A DNA stretch of 64,000 nt from Eubacteriales bacterium (GCA_045538895.1 JAZQEH010000118.1:583-64582); one strand, 5' to 3'; positions 1-10,507 are shown, counted from the stretch's first letter. A program made the numbers and translations. Notes: generated from the letters alone by a model not told the origin.

Positions 1-1
1 A

Positions 2-757
2 GGCAAACCTGCAGTATTCAAAGTAAAGCTGAACGGCCTTAAGGTTACCGAACTCCCCGCCCTTGATGATGAGTTCGCAAAAGACGTTTCTGAATTTGAT
101 ACTTTCGATGAATATAAGGCTGACGTTAAGGCTAAACTTGTTGCAAAGAATGAAAAAGAGGCTGACCTTTCTGTTGATGACCAGCTTTATGAAGCTTTGC
201 TCGGTCTTCTCGTTGCAGAGATTCCCGAAGTTATGTACGTAACAGAGACCGAGAACTTTGTTCGTGATTACGACAACAGACTCCGCATGCAGGGCCTTGA
301 CCTCAATGCTTTCTTCAAGTACACCGGTCAGACCATTGATGACCTCCGCAAGCAGATGCGTCCTCAGGCTGAAAAGCAGGTTAAGATGCGTCTTGCACTT
401 GAAACTATCGCTAAGCTCGAGAACCTCTCTGCTACTGAAGAAGAAATCAACGAGGAATACCAGAGAATCGCTGATAGCTATGGCATGGAAGTTGAAAAGG
501 TTAAGGAGCTTGTTGCTAAGGAAGACCTTAATGCTGACCTCTCTGTAAAGAAGGCATTCGATCTTGTTAAGGCTAATGCTGTAATTGAAAAGAAGTCCGC
601 AAAGAAGGCTACTGAAGCTACCGAGGAAAAGAAGCCTGCTGCTAAAAAGACAACCAAGAAGGCTGCTGATTCCGAGGAAAAGCCCGCTGCTAAGAAAACT
701 ACCACAAAGAAGACAACTACAAAGAAGTCTACCGATAGTAAGGCAGAAGACAAATAA
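2..757 (+). CDS. tig: Trigger factor (ribosome-associated chaperone/PPIase), C-terminal portion; 5' end lies outside the window
   Basis: Frame +2 is open from the window edge to TAA at 755-757. The translation (GKPAVFKVKLNGLKVTELPALDDEFAKDVSEFDTFDEYKADVKAKL...YVTETENFVRDYDNRLRMQGLDLNAFFKYTGQTIDDLRKQMRPQAEKQVKMRLALETIAKLE) looks like the trigger-factor C-terminal arm domain. The order tig-clpP-clpX is canonical. Confidence 0.9.
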   Translation, partial: GKPAVFKVKLNGLKVTELPALDDEFAKDVSEFDTFDEYKADVKAKLVAKNEKEADLSVDDQLYEALLGLLVAEIPEVMYVTETENFVRDYDNRLRMQGLDLNAFFKYTGQTIDDLRKQMRPQAEKQVKMRLALETIAKLENLSATEEEINEEYQRIADSYGMEVEKVKELVAKEDLNADLSVKKAFDLVKANAVIEKKSAKKATEATEEKKPAAKKTTKKAADSEEKPAAKKTTTKKTTTKKSTDSKAEDK

Positions 758-767
758 ACAAATTTAC

Positions 768-799
768 GGCGGGTACATTACGTTACCCGCCTTATTATT
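768..799 (+). terminator. Putative intrinsic terminator after tig
   Basis: Hairpin GGCGGGTA (768-775) / TACCCGCC (784-791) followed by the T-rich TTATTATT. The U-tract is imperfect, so read-through into clpP is plausible. Confidence 0.5.
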
Positions 800-823
800 C
801 TAACTAAAAAGGAGATTTGTATT

Positions 824-1408
824 ATGGCACTTGTACCTATGGTTGTAGAACAAACTAACCGCGGTGAGCGTTCTTATGATATCTATTCAAGATTGCTCAA
901 TGACAGAATTATTATGCTTACTGATGAAATCAATGACACTACCGCTTCTTTGGTGGTAGCTCAGCTTCTTTATCTTGAAGCTCAGGATCCCGATAAAGAT
1001 ATTTCTCTTTACATCAACAGCCCCGGCGGTTCTGTTTCTGCAGGCTTTGCAATTTATGACACTATGAATTTCATTAAATGCGATGTTTCCACTATTTGTA
1101 TGGGCATGGCAGCATCTATGGGTGCTTTCCTTCTTTCTGCAGGTGCTAAGGGCAAGCGTCTTGCTCTTCCCAATAGCGTAATAATGATTCACCAGCCTCT
1201 TGGCGGTGCTCGTGGTCAGGCAAGCGACATTAAGATTCATGCAGAACATATTTTGAAAACCAGAGCAAAGCTTAATGATATTCTTGCAAAGAATACAGGC
1301 AAGCCTATCGAAGTTATCGAGCGTGATACTGACCGTGATAATTTCATGGATGCTGATGAAGCATGTGCATACGGTCTTGTTGATAAAGTAATTGCCGAAA
1401 GACCTTAA
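824..1408 (+). CDS. clpP: ATP-dependent Clp protease proteolytic subunit ClpP
   Basis: 194 aa with RBS AAGGAG upstream. Typical ClpP sequence ([29 protein letters not shown]...[11 protein letters not shown]...IMIHQPLGG) including the Ser-His catalytic context. Confidence 0.97.
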   Translation: MALVPMVVEQTNRGERSYDIYSRLLNDRIIMLTDEINDTTASLVVAQLLYLEAQDPDKDISLYINSPGGSVSAGFAIYDTMNFIKCDVSTICMGMAASMGAFLLSAGAKGKRLALPNSVIMIHQPLGGARGQASDIKIHAEHILKTRAKLNDILAKNTGKPIEVIERDTDRDNFMDADEACAYGLVDKVIAERP

Positions 1409-1417
1409 AGGAGATTT

Positions 1418-2674
1418 ATGTCAACTAACAATAACGAAACAGGGCTTCGTTGTTCTTTCTGTGGCAGAGGCGAAAATGAAGTAGAATTGCTTATTCCTGC
1501 GGCAAAGCACGGTGCAGCCATTTGCAGCGATTGTATAACTACTTGTGCAAATTTCTTAGAAGAGTTTGCTCCCGAAGAACAGATAAACGATGAGTCTGCT
1601 GATCTTTTAAAGATTAACGAATTGCCTAAGCCTACTGAGATCAAAGCAATTCTTGACGAATATGTTATCGGCCAGGACGAAGCAAAGCGTGTTCTCTCCG
1701 TAGCGGTGTACAATCATTATAAGCGATTGATTTACCGTGAAGAAATGGGCAACGATGATGTTGAAATTCAAAAAAGCAATGTTCTTTTGCTTGGACCTAC
1801 CGGTGTAGGCAAGACATTCCTTGCACAAACGCTTGCAAAAGCGTTAAAGGTTCCCTTTGCTATCGCTGATGCGACTACTCTTACAGAAGCGGGCTATGTT
1901 GGCGAAGACGTTGAGAACATTCTTTTGAGATTGATTCAGGCTGCTGATTTTAATATCGAAAAAGCCGAAAAAGGCATTATATATATTGATGAAATCGATA
2001 AGATTTCACGCAAAGGCGAAAACCGTTCTATTACAAGAGACGTTTCCGGCGAAGGCGTTCAGCAGGCACTTTTGAAAATACTTGAAGGAACAGTTGCCAA
2101 TGTTCCTCCACAGGGTGGACGTAAGCATCCTAATCAGGATTTTATTCAGATTCATACCGAGAATATACTTTTCATTTGCGGCGGTGCTTTTGACGGTCTT
2201 GATAAGATTATCGAACAACGTAAAGGCAAGCAAGTGATTGGCTTCGGAGGAAACGTTCAGAAGAAGCAGGAGAAAATAGACTGCGGAATCTATAAGGACG
2301 TTAATTCTCACGACATTGTAAAATACGGACTTATTCCCGAACTTGTCGGTCGTTTGCCGGTTATTGTTGCACTTGAAAGTCTTGATGAAGATGCACTTGT
2401 CAAGATTCTTCGTGAGCCTAAAAATGCAATAATAAAGCAATATGTAAAACTTATCGGTCTTGACGGCATTGAGCTTGAATTTGGCGAGGGTGCGTGCGAA
2501 GCGGTTGCTAAACTTGCGATTGAACGCAATATAGGTGCCCGCGGACTTCGTTCTATAATGGAAAGCTTCATGACTCCCATTATGTATGAAATTCCCTCAA
2601 AAGCCGGACTTAAAAAAGTTATAATTACAAAAGAACTTGTTAACGGCACCGGTGATGCAATTTATGAAATGTAA
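1418..2674 (+). CDS. clpX: ATP-dependent Clp protease ATP-binding subunit ClpX
   Basis: 418 aa. N-terminal zinc-binding CSFCG...CSDC, Walker A GPTGVGKT, Walker [10 protein letters not shown], and ClpX-type LGFG-like pore/IGF region. Immediately follows clpP. Confidence 0.97.
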   Translation: MSTNNNETGLRCSFCGRGENEVELLIPAAKHGAAICSDCITTCANFLEEFAPEEQINDESADLLKINELPKPTEIKAILDEYVIGQDEAKRVLSVAVYNHYKRLIYREEMGNDDVEIQKSNVLLLGPTGVGKTFLAQTLAKALKVPFAIADATTLTEAGYVGEDVENILLRLIQAADFNIEKAEKGIIYIDEIDKISRKGENRSITRDVSGEGVQQALLKILEGTVANVPPQGGRKHPNQDFIQIHTENILFICGGAFDGLDKIIEQRKGKQVIGFGGNVQKKQEKIDCGIYKDVNSHDIVKYGLIPELVGRLPVIVALESLDEDALVKILREPKNAIIKQYVKLIGLDGIELEFGEGACEAVAKLAIERNIGARGLRSIMESFMTPIMYEIPSKAGLKKVIITKELVNGTGDAIYEM

Positions 2675-2677
2675 AAA

Positions 2678-2710
2678 TAAAAACTCCCTTTTTAAGGGAG
2701 TTTTTATTTT
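2678..2710. terminator. Bidirectional intrinsic terminator between convergent clpX and the HPr-like gene
   Basis: Perfect hairpin AAAACTCCCTT-TTT-AAGGGAGTTTT, flanked by an A-run upstream and a T-run downstream. Confidence 0.85.
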
Positions 2711-2722
2711 GTGATTTAAACG

Positions 2723-2953
2723 TTACGCAACAACAAAATCAGCAAGTGCACTCTTGAGTTCGTCGGCATTGTCTGTGTGAGCGGTAACAAGAATCTTATC
2801 CATAAGATCAAGGCTGAAAATGCCCATAATGGATTTAGCATCAACTACGTATCTTCCTGAAGAAAGGTCGATATCATAATCCTGTCTTGTTACTATTTCA
2901 ACAAATTTGCGAATGTCTTCAATTTTCGAAAGTTTAATGTAAAAATTATTCAT
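2723..2953 (-). CDS. HPr-fold protein lacking the His15 phosphorylation site (Crh-like)
   Basis: 76 aa. The segment GRYVVDAKSIMGIFSLDL matches the HPr Ser46 region (KSIMG). The N-terminal region (IEDIRKF) has no His at the position equivalent to GIHARPA. Confidence 0.75.
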   Translation of the reverse strand: MNNFYIKLSKIEDIRKFVEIVTRQDYDIDLSSGRYVVDAKSIMGIFSLDLMDKILVTAHTDNADELKSALADFVVA

Positions 2954-3013
2954 TTCTTTTCTCCTTTAAAAAGTTATTTTACAACTAAATTATAAATGAA
3001 AGAATTTGCGATG

Positions 3014-5662
3014 TCAACCCTCATATTCGGTATTTTCCGAGCCCGATGGAGGTATAGTATCATCTGTAGCAGCAGTAGTTGCCGGAGGATTGAATCTTGA
3101 AAAATCATAGTTTTCGTAACTGAAACGGTTGAATTGATTCTCAACGTCTGATGAACCTACGTATGTTCCCTCGGGGATTGAATTGATAAAGAACGGAACA
3201 CCCCACCAACCGCCGGGACGCACATTGTACGGCAGATCACGGTAAACATACTGAGCATCTACAACAGTAATCTGATATGGGAATGAGCGTGTATTCTCAC
3301 GAATAAGACCTACAGGATAGGTATTCTTTGAATACTCGTGTGCTACTGCCTTTGTAGAACTGTCATAATCGACAATAACATGAGTACGGCATGCAGTAAC
3401 CGGTTTTGTGCTTCTTGTAAAGTATCCCTTTTCGATACGGTTGTTACGTGGATCCAAGGAACATGCCGAAGCCGGCTTATCGCCGGAGTCGATGCAAAAC
3501 TCACATTCGATAATGTCAGACGGTTTGTTATCATCAAACGTTTTCAAAACAATGTTGTCTTCTTCGCTTGCTTTTGCTTCTTCAATAATATTTGCATGAA
3601 GCTTTGTCATAACCAGATCAAATAGAGTAACCGAAGGATTTGAAACGTTATTACCGATTGATTTTGGATATGAGTAGCCGTACCATGTAGCACCAACATA
3701 ATATGGTGTATAACCTACAAACCAACGGTCGTAGTCATTACCGGCAGTACCTGTTTTGCCTGCAACGTCAACTTCTTTTCTGAGCGAAACACGTCTTGCG
3801 GTACCTTCAGTTGCATTGACAACGTTATACATCATTTTTGTCATTATATATGCGGTCTGCTCACTGAAAACAATGCTCTGCTGCTCTTTCTTGCTTACAC
3901 CGTTTTCATTTGAAAGAATTACATTTCCTTCACTGTCCTCAACTCTTAAGTAAGAATTGCATCGTGAGAATTTGCCGCTGTTTGCAAATGCAGTATATGC
4001 AGCAGCCATATCTCTGACAGTAACACCGTAATTCAACTGACCAAGCGCAAGTGCGGCAAGACCTTTATCAGTATATCCAAGCCCGTCCGAGGTTTCAGCA
4101 TATTCAATTAAGTAATCAAAACCAAGTTTCTTGGTAAGATAGTCAAACGAAACGTCAATAGAAAGGTCTTGCAATACCTTCATTGCAACTGTATTAACAG
4201 AACGTTCAACAGCACTGTTTATGGTTGTAAGTCCTCTATAGGTATCGGGGAGATTTTTGGGATACGGCGTCTTATTGTTAAACATAACCGGTGTATCATC
4301 GTAAACCGAGCCATATGTGATAATTCCCTCTTCAAGTGCAGGAGCGTATACAGACAACGGCTTTATAGATGAACCGGGAGCTCGCTTGGTCATCGTTGCA
4401 TAATTCAAAATAAGATTGCCGCGTTTTTCGCCGCGTCCACCGATTACGCCAAGCAAGTCACCGGTATAGGGATCGACTACAGCCATTGCTGCTTCCGCAG
4501 GTATACCGCCTGTGTTTTCCGGGAAGCTTGCTTCATCTTCAAACACTTCTTCCATCGCTTCTTGAACGTCGGGGTCAATATTTGCAATAATGCTAAGACC
4601 GCCTGAATTAATCAGGTTACTTGCAACCTGACTCGAGAGTCCGTATTGTTCCATTAAGTCATTGCGAACGTCAACGATAACCGTGTCGATATACCAGGAG
4701 TTAACCTTATCTGTATCAATAACCTTGTGTTTGTCGTCCTTGTTAGACCGCAGAACAAGCTCCTCGTTTATTGCCGCATTGTATTCTTCTTCGCTGATCA
4801 GCTTCTGGTCGCACATTTCATAAAGAACGTCGTTGCGACGCTTTTTGTTGTGTTCTGGATTTTGAATGGGGTCAAATTTGGTAGGATATTTAGTGATTGA
4901 TGCAAGTGCAGCACATTCAACCAGTGTAAGATCCTTGAGTTCTTTGCCAAAATAAGTTTCGGCTGCTGCTCTGACGCCAATGCAGTTTTGCGAAAGAGGA
5001 ACAATGTTCAGGTACAATTCCAGAATCTGGTCCTTTTCCATTGTCTTTTCAAGGTTAAGTGCACGGAGAATTTCTTCAACCTTACGCTGAATGGTGGCTT
5101 CATTGTCGCCGGTAACATTCTTTATAAGCTGCTGCGTAATGGTAGAGCCGCCGTATGAGGATTCGTCAAATCCAATAAAAAAGTTAAGGACAGCACCGGC
5201 AGTTCTACGCCAGTCAACACCGTCATGTGTCCTGAAACGCTTGTCCTCGATAGCGATAAAAGCGTTTTCAAGGTTATCCGGAATATCGTCAATAGATGCC
5301 CAAAGGCTATTCTCTGTTCCGTAAATCTTTTTCAGAACGACAAGCTCTGCATCAGAATCGCGGTTCTGGCGGGCTTCGGCATCCTCATAATCATAGTAAT
5401 ATATGGTAGTTGTTTGCTCAGTTGTAGAAGTGTAGAAAAGCATTTGATCTACAGTCGGGTCTATATTTTCACTGACATAGATGGCAAATGCACAACCAAC
5501 AATTATTCCTGCGATAAGGCAAACAAGTAATACGGTCATGAGAGCACAAAGAAAATAGCCGATGCCTTTACCTGCAATTCTAAAGCCTTTGGCAACTGAG
5601 GGCTTACTGCGCTTAAAGTTGTCGATTTTTAATTGTTTAAAAGATTCTTTTTTATTTTTCAC
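3014..5662 (-). CDS. Class A penicillin-binding protein (bifunctional glycosyltransferase/transpeptidase, PBP1A-type)
   Basis: 882 aa with a GTG start after AAGAGG. N-terminal TM anchor, GT51 motifs (AIEDKRFRTHDGVD, GGSTITQQL, RKVEE), transpeptidase SxxK (PGSSIKP) and KTGT (AGKTGTA). Confidence 0.93.
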   Translation of the reverse strand: MKNKKESFKQLKIDNFKRSKPSVAKGFRIAGKGIGYFLCALMTVLLVCLIAGIIVGCAFAIYVSENIDPTVDQMLFYTSTTEQTTTIYYYDYEDAEARQNRDSDAELVVLKKIYGTENSLWASIDDIPDNLENAFIAIEDKRFRTHDGVDWRRTAGAVLNFFIGFDESSYGGSTITQQLIKNVTGDNEATIQRKVEEILRALNLEKTMEKDQILELYLNIVPLSQNCIGVRAAAETYFGKELKDLTLVECAALASITKYPTKFDPIQNPEHNKKRRNDVLYEMCDQKLISEEEYNAAINEELVLRSNKDDKHKVIDTDKVNSWYIDTVIVDVRNDLMEQYGLSSQVASNLINSGGLSIIANIDPDVQEAMEEVFEDEASFPENTGGIPAEAAMAVVDPYTGDLLGVIGGRGEKRGNLILNYATMTKRAPGSSIKPLSVYAPALEEGIITYGSVYDDTPVMFNNKTPYPKNLPDTYRGLTTINSAVERSVNTVAMKVLQDLSIDVSFDYLTKKLGFDYLIEYAETSDGLGYTDKGLAALALGQLNYGVTVRDMAAAYTAFANSGKFSRCNSYLRVEDSEGNVILSNENGVSKKEQQSIVFSEQTAYIMTKMMYNVVNATEGTARRVSLRKEVDVAGKTGTAGNDYDRWFVGYTPYYVGATWYGYSYPKSIGNNVSNPSVTLFDLVMTKLHANIIEEAKASEEDNIVLKTFDDNKPSDIIECEFCIDSGDKPASACSLDPRNNRIEKGYFTRSTKPVTACRTHVIVDYDSSTKAVAHEYSKNTYPVGLIRENTRSFPYQITVVDAQYVYRDLPYNVRPGGWWGVPFFINSIPEGTYVGSSDVENQFNRFSYENYDFSRFNPPATTAATDDTIPPSGSENTEYEG

Positions 5663-5755
5663 GCTAAAACCTCTTTTAAATTTTGCAACGCGATAAAGTA
5701 TAGTTCACCACGGAATGCAAATAATATTCACAATAAAGCATAAGGAAATTGTAAA

Positions 5756-6139
5756 ATGAAAATCAAACTTCCAAGTAAAAAGAATACACTTTACGGCATA
5801 TGTGCCGTAGTTATGATAGTTTTATTTGTTGCAATTTGCATTAATACAAATCTGACGAACAAACTGACAAAACAGATTGAAGCAAAGCAAGTGCTGTCAA
5901 GCGAAGAAAACAGTATACGTCCACTTTCTATTCCCAAACTTCCAAGCGAGGTGCTATACCGACTTTATGAATGTGGCGGTAAAATAGGTATATACGATGC
6001 AAAGACCGACATTCTTATTGATATAATAGATGTTCTCGCATCTACACTGCCTGTGTCGGACAGAAAAGCGTTAAAAAAAGGAATAGAAATATATACCTTT
6101 GCTGACCTTGCTAAAATTATTGATGATTTTACGTCCTGA
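5756..6139 (+). CDS. Small membrane-anchored hypothetical protein (possible BofC-like fold, weak)
   Basis: 127 aa with RBS AAGGAA. One N-terminal TM helix (LYGICAVVMIVLFVAICI) followed by a about 70-aa soluble domain (YRLYECGGKIGIYD...LPVSDRKALKKGIEIYTFADL). No firm family assignment is possible by eye. Confidence 0.55.
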   Translation: MKIKLPSKKNTLYGICAVVMIVLFVAICINTNLTNKLTKQIEAKQVLSSEENSIRPLSIPKLPSEVLYRLYECGGKIGIYDAKTDILIDIIDVLASTLPVSDRKALKKGIEIYTFADLAKIIDDFTS

Positions 6140-9100
6140 TTATTTTACAACAACATTATCTTTACCCAGCAACGAGATAAGTGAATGTAAAAGCGTATCG
6201 GAAAGCTTCGCTTTGTAGCCGATTGCTTTTACATATTTCTTTTTACTTATGTCATAAAGCACAACCTCGGCTCCGTTTTTGCCGTTTCCAATGAGCGCGA
6301 GTGCTCTTGTTACATCAGTGGAGTCGATAGACGCAACTCTTAAGAAAAGAGTCTGCGGTTTTTCTTCTACAAAATTTTCATTGGGTATAAGTGGTATGCA
6401 TTGGTTCAGCAAAACTTTAGGCGGTTCATCATCCTTAAGTGAGATTGTACCGTTTATGCTTACGGTGCTTTCAGTAATAAGAAGCGGAGAAAAAAGTTCA
6501 AATTGTTTAGCAAAAACAACGGTTTCGATTTCACCGGTCTTATCTTCGATAGTTATAAAAGCCATATTATCGCCGTTGCGAGTGGTTTTTACGGTTCGCT
6601 TAGTAACAATTCCGCACAAAGTAACAGCTTGCTTATCTCTGAATCTCCCCTTCTCTTCGTCATTTTCAAAAGAAGAAAGAATTTCGGAGATGTTTGTAGC
6701 TTTTAAGGCGGCGGTATGATTGCTGAAATCGTTTAAAATATGACCTGAAAAGTACATGCCCGAGCATTCTTTTTCAAGCATCAATTTTTCTCTTAAGGAA
6801 AATTCAGGAATATCGGGATAGTTGAATTTAACCTGTGCTGTATTTGTAGCATCTCCTAGCATCGAGAAAAAATCAATCTGTCCGTCAAGCTCAAATCTTT
6901 TTTTACTCTGAGCATCTTCTATGATTTTTTCATAGGTAGCAAGAAGCTGACTGCGATAAACACCAAGGCTGTCAAAAGCACCGCTTTTGATTAACGATTC
7001 CACCTGCCGCTTGTTTAAATCGTAACCGCCCATACGGGTAATGAAATCCTCAAATGATTTAAACGGACCGTTAATAGAGCGGTCGGAAACAATCTGATCA
7101 ACAAAGAGTTTTCCGACACCTTTTAGTGCAAGCAGTCCAAAACGGATAGCACCGTTAAAAGTACCGAAAGTAGAAATACTTTCGTTTATATCAGGTGGTA
7201 GAACTTCAATATTGGCTTTAGTACATTCTCCGATATACTCGGCTGTTTTGCCGAAGTCGCCAAGTACGCTTGTTAAAAGTGCTGCCATATACTCTGCCAT
7301 GAAATGAGCTTTAAGATACGCAGTCTGATACGTTACAACTGCATAAGATGCCGCATGGCTCTTGTTGAAAGCGTAACTTGCAAAACTTGCCATATCATCA
7401 AAAAGCTCTTTTGCATCACTTTCGCTCATGCCACGTGATGTAGCTCCTGAAATGAATGCAACACGTTCGGCCTCCATTACCGAGGCTTTTTTCTTTGACA
7501 TTGCACGGCGAACGATATCTGCCTTTCCAAGAGTGTATCCTGCAATTTCACAGAAAATCTGCATTACCTGTTCTTGGTATACGATGCAACCGTAGGTTTT
7601 TGAAAGGATTCTTTCGAGTACATGGTGCTTATACTCTGTTTTTTGCCTTCCATGCCTACGTTCAATATACATTGGTATAGAATCCATGGGACCCGGTCGG
7701 TAGAGAGCGATAGCGGCAATTACATCGTCGATAGTTTCAGGACAAAGCTCGGTTAAAACCTGACGCATGCCTTTGGATTCAAGCTGGAAAACACCACCGG
7801 TCTGCCCTGCCGAAATCAAAGAAAAGGTTTTTTTGTCATCAAAAGGGATTCTGTAAATATCAAAGTCCGGAAAACGTTTTTTTATAAGTTTATTTGCTTC
7901 GGAAATGATGGTAAGGTATCTTAAACCAAGAAAATCAAACTTAACAAGACCGAGTTCGGCAACAGTATCCATATCAAACTGTGTAACCGTAGTGTCACCG
8001 TTTGCCGCAAGCGGTACGTATGAAGAAACCTCTTTATCCGTTATAACAACTCCTGCTGCGTGAGTCGAAGCATGCCTTGGCATGCCTTCGAGTGCTCTTG
8101 CGGTGTCAATAAGCCTTGCTATATTTGCATCTGTTTCATATAAATCTTTAAGTTCTTTGCGACGTAGTGCATCAGAAATCGTTACACCCATTTCACGTGG
8201 AATAAGGTTTGCAACTCTGTCCACCTCGGAATAACTCATGCCTATTGCTCTGCCGACATCACGTATTGCGGCACGTGCAGCCATTGTACCGAAAGTTACA
8301 ATTTGTGCAACGTGGTCTGCACCGTAACGCTCGGAAACATATTTAATAACTGCATCTCGGTGTTCATCGCAAAAATCAACGTCAATATCCGGCATGCTGA
8401 TTCTTTCAGGGTTGAGGAAACGCTCGAACAAAAGGTCGAATTTAAGCGAATCAACATCAGTTATGCCAATAAGATAGTTAACAAGACTTCCCGCCCCCGA
8501 GCCTCTGCCGGGACCTACTGCGATACCGTGTTCTTTGGCAAAGGTAACGTAGTCACGAACTATCAGTATATAGTCGGTAAAGCCCATTTTATCAATTACG
8601 GAAAGTTCGTATTCCGCACGGGCAATGTATTCTTCTTCAGAATGTTCTTCAAAGGTTATATAGCCTTTTTGGTATTTTTCTTCAAGACCGTTAAAAACAA
8701 AGTTTCGTAATAACTCGGCTGGATTTTTGTTTTCGATTGCGGAAATCTTTGGTAAATACAGATTGCCGAATTCAAAATCGAAATTGCACATGTCAGCAAT
8801 TTTAGCGGTATTTTCTAAAGCAGATGGAATATCGGAAAACAGTTTTTCCATTTCGGCGGTGCTTTTGTAATAAAACTCGTTGGTTTCAAATCCAATCGGT
8901 TTGCCGTCTGCAAGCGTATTCCCCGTTTGAATACACATCATTACTGCCTGATATTCACTGTCAAGCTTACGCAAATAATGAACATCGTTCGTGGCAACAA
9001 GTGGTATATTCATTTCTTGCGCCATTTTAATAAGTTCGGAATTTACCTCTTTTTGCTCCGGAATACCGTGATTCTGGAGTTCAAGATAAAAACTATCTTT

Positions 9101-9598
9101 ACCGAAAATATCAAGCAGTATTCGTGCATGTTCTCTGGCACCGGCAAAATCTCCGCTTACTATAGCACGCGGAATATAACCGGCAAGGCAAGCCGAAAGT
9201 GCAATAAGCCCTTCGGAGTGAGCTTTTAAAAGTTCAATATCGACACGTGGCTTCTGATAAAAGCCTTCAGTAAACGATTTAGAAACAAGCTTACAAAGGT
9301 TTTCATAGCCTGTTTTGTTTTTGCAGAGCAAAACGAGATGGTTGCCCGAAAGGTCACGCTTGCCGTCTTTATCGAACCTTGTGCGTTCGGCAACATATAC
9401 CTCGCAACCGATAATTGGCTTTATGCCTTCTGCCTTGCAAGCTTTATAAAAAGCAACAGCTCCGTAAAGCACGCCGTGGTCGGTGATTGCAACCGCAGTG
9501 TGTCCTGTTGCCTTTGCAGTTTTCGGAATGTCGGCAATGCGGCATGCACCGTCAAGCAAGCTATATTCGCTATGCAAATGAAGATGAACAAAGCTCAT
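6140..9598 (-). CDS. dnaE: DNA polymerase III alpha subunit (DnaE-type)
   Basis: The ORF is open to 9616, but the ATG at 9598 is preceded by AAAGGAG at 8 nt spacing. PHP domain start MSFVHLHLHSEYSLLDG; long pol III alpha core with an OB-fold C-terminus. Confidence 0.95.
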   Translation of the reverse strand: MSFVHLHLHSEYSLLDGACRIADIPKTAKATGHTAVAITDHGVLYGAVAFYKACKAEGIKPIIGCEVYVAERTRFDKDGKRDLSGNHLVLLCKNKTGYENLCKLVSKSFTEGFYQKPRVDIELLKAHSEGLIALSACLAGYIPRAIVSGDFAGAREHARILLDIFGKDSFYLELQNHGIPEQKEVNSELIKMAQEMNIPLVATNDVHYLRKLDSEYQAVMMCIQTGNTLADGKPIGFETNEFYYKSTAEMEKLFSDIPSALENTAKIADMCNFDFEFGNLYLPKISAIENKNPAELLRNFVFNGLEEKYQKGYITFEEHSEEEYIARAEYELSVIDKMGFTDYILIVRDYVTFAKEHGIAVGPGRGSGAGSLVNYLIGITDVDSLKFDLLFERFLNPERISMPDIDVDFCDEHRDAVIKYVSERYGADHVAQIVTFGTMAARAAIRDVGRAIGMSYSEVDRVANLIPREMGVTISDALRRKELKDLYETDANIARLIDTARALEGMPRHASTHAAGVVITDKEVSSYVPLAANGDTTVTQFDMDTVAELGLVKFDFLGLRYLTIISEANKLIKKRFPDFDIYRIPFDDKKTFSLISAGQTGGVFQLESKGMRQVLTELCPETIDDVIAAIALYRPGPMDSIPMYIERRHGRQKTEYKHHVLERILSKTYGCIVYQEQVMQIFCEIAGYTLGKADIVRRAMSKKKASVMEAERVAFISGATSRGMSESDAKELFDDMASFASYAFNKSHAASYAVVTYQTAYLKAHFMAEYMAALLTSVLGDFGKTAEYIGECTKANIEVLPPDINESISTFGTFNGAIRFGLLALKGVGKLFVDQIVSDRSINGPFKSFEDFITRMGGYDLNKRQVESLIKSGAFDSLGVYRSQLLATYEKIIEDAQSKKRFELDGQIDFFSMLGDATNTAQVKFNYPDIPEFSLREKLMLEKECSGMYFSGHILNDFSNHTAALKATNISEILSSFENDEEKGRFRDKQAVTLCGIVTKRTVKTTRNGDNMAFITIEDKTGEIETVVFAKQFELFSPLLITESTVSINGTISLKDDEPPKVLLNQCIPLIPNENFVEEKPQTLFLRVASIDSTDVTRALALIGNGKNGAEVVLYDISKKKYVKAIGYKAKLSDTLLHSLISLLGKDNVVVK

Positions 9599-9616
9599 AA
9601 CCAACACTCCTTTCAA

Positions 9617-10507
9617 TTAAACTTCTTTATTTTTTATGTTTTCAGAAAAAGTATAAATTTTTTCAAGTCTGTGATACAGCCCGGATTTGCTTACAGGAGG
9701 AGTCATTATCTGCCCAAGCTGTACAAGCGACATTTCGGGATGCTTTAAGCGCATTGTGGCAGTATATTCAAGCTCAGGACCAAGCTCTGTGAGTCTGCCG
9801 TGTTCAACTAAAAATTTGATCGCAGTAAGATATTTTGCAGTAGCTGCAGTAGAACGTGCGATGTTACTTGTTTCGCAATTAGTACGGCGGTTAATATCGT
9901 TTTTTATTTCATGGCTGATTTTTGCATTCATGAAATCGAAAGCTTGCTTGTTGGCACCGATATAGAACAGAAAGTCGCCGACAGTTCCGCTATCTTTTGC
10001 ATAAATACTCGGTGCGGATAGTCTTGAAGAAAGTTTAAATGAAAAGCCGGCATCATTGCAAATCTCGACCATATCGGACATGTTTTGCTTGATTTTGCTT
10101 TTGATTTCAATATGATAATCTTTCTTTTGCGGTTCACTGACGGTGCCGCCGCAAACAAATGCACCACGTAAAAAAGCCGGTAGGCAGTCTTCACATTTCA
10201 AAAACATTGATGTATCTAATGAAAATACTGCTTTTTTTAAAAACCCAGCCGCACTTTTTGATTTGAATTGCAAAAAAACTGTGTTTTTTGAGCCGGATTT
10301 TTCAGGAGTGGTATCTCTGCCAAACTGCTCTTTAATATATGCCGCACAAATTTCGGCGATGGCATCACATTCGGTATAAAGCGTAACGGTGTCATCACAA
10401 AATTCGGCTCCGAACAGCAGAACTCCAAGTATAAAAGCTCGGCGGCAGCATTGTTTTTTCATTGGGAATGCCGCCGATTCAATTTTAGCTTCTAAAGAAA
10501 ATGACAT
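9617..10507 (-). CDS. whiA: DNA-binding sporulation/cell-division regulator WhiA
   Basis: 296 aa. Begins MSFSLEAKIE..., has LAGLIDADG-like degenerate homing-endonuclease repeats and a C-terminal HTH (SLVQLGQIMTPPVSKSGLYHRLEKI). The start overlaps the murB stop by 1 nt. Confidence 0.92.
   Translation of the reverse strand: MSFSLEAKIESAAFPMKKQCCRRAFILGVLLFGAEFCDDTVTLYTECDAIAEICAAYIKEQFGRDTTPEKSGSKNTVFLQFKSKSAAGFLKKAVFSLDTSMFLKCEDCLPAFLRGAFVCGGTVSEPQKKDYHIEIKSKIKQNMSDMVEICNDAGFSFKLSSRLSAPSIYAKDSGTVGDFLFYIGANKQAFDFMNAKISHEIKNDINRRTNCETSNIARSTAATAKYLTAIKFLVEHGRLTELGPELEYTATMRLKHPEMSLVQLGQIMTPPVSKSGLYHRLEKIYTFSENIKNKEV

Noticed and set aside
758-823. CtsR box or separate heat-shock promoter upstream of clpP
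   Set aside because: There is no GGTCAAA/TTTGACC heptad and no convincing -35/-10 pair in the 66-nt spacer. Only the tig hairpin and the clpP RBS are present.
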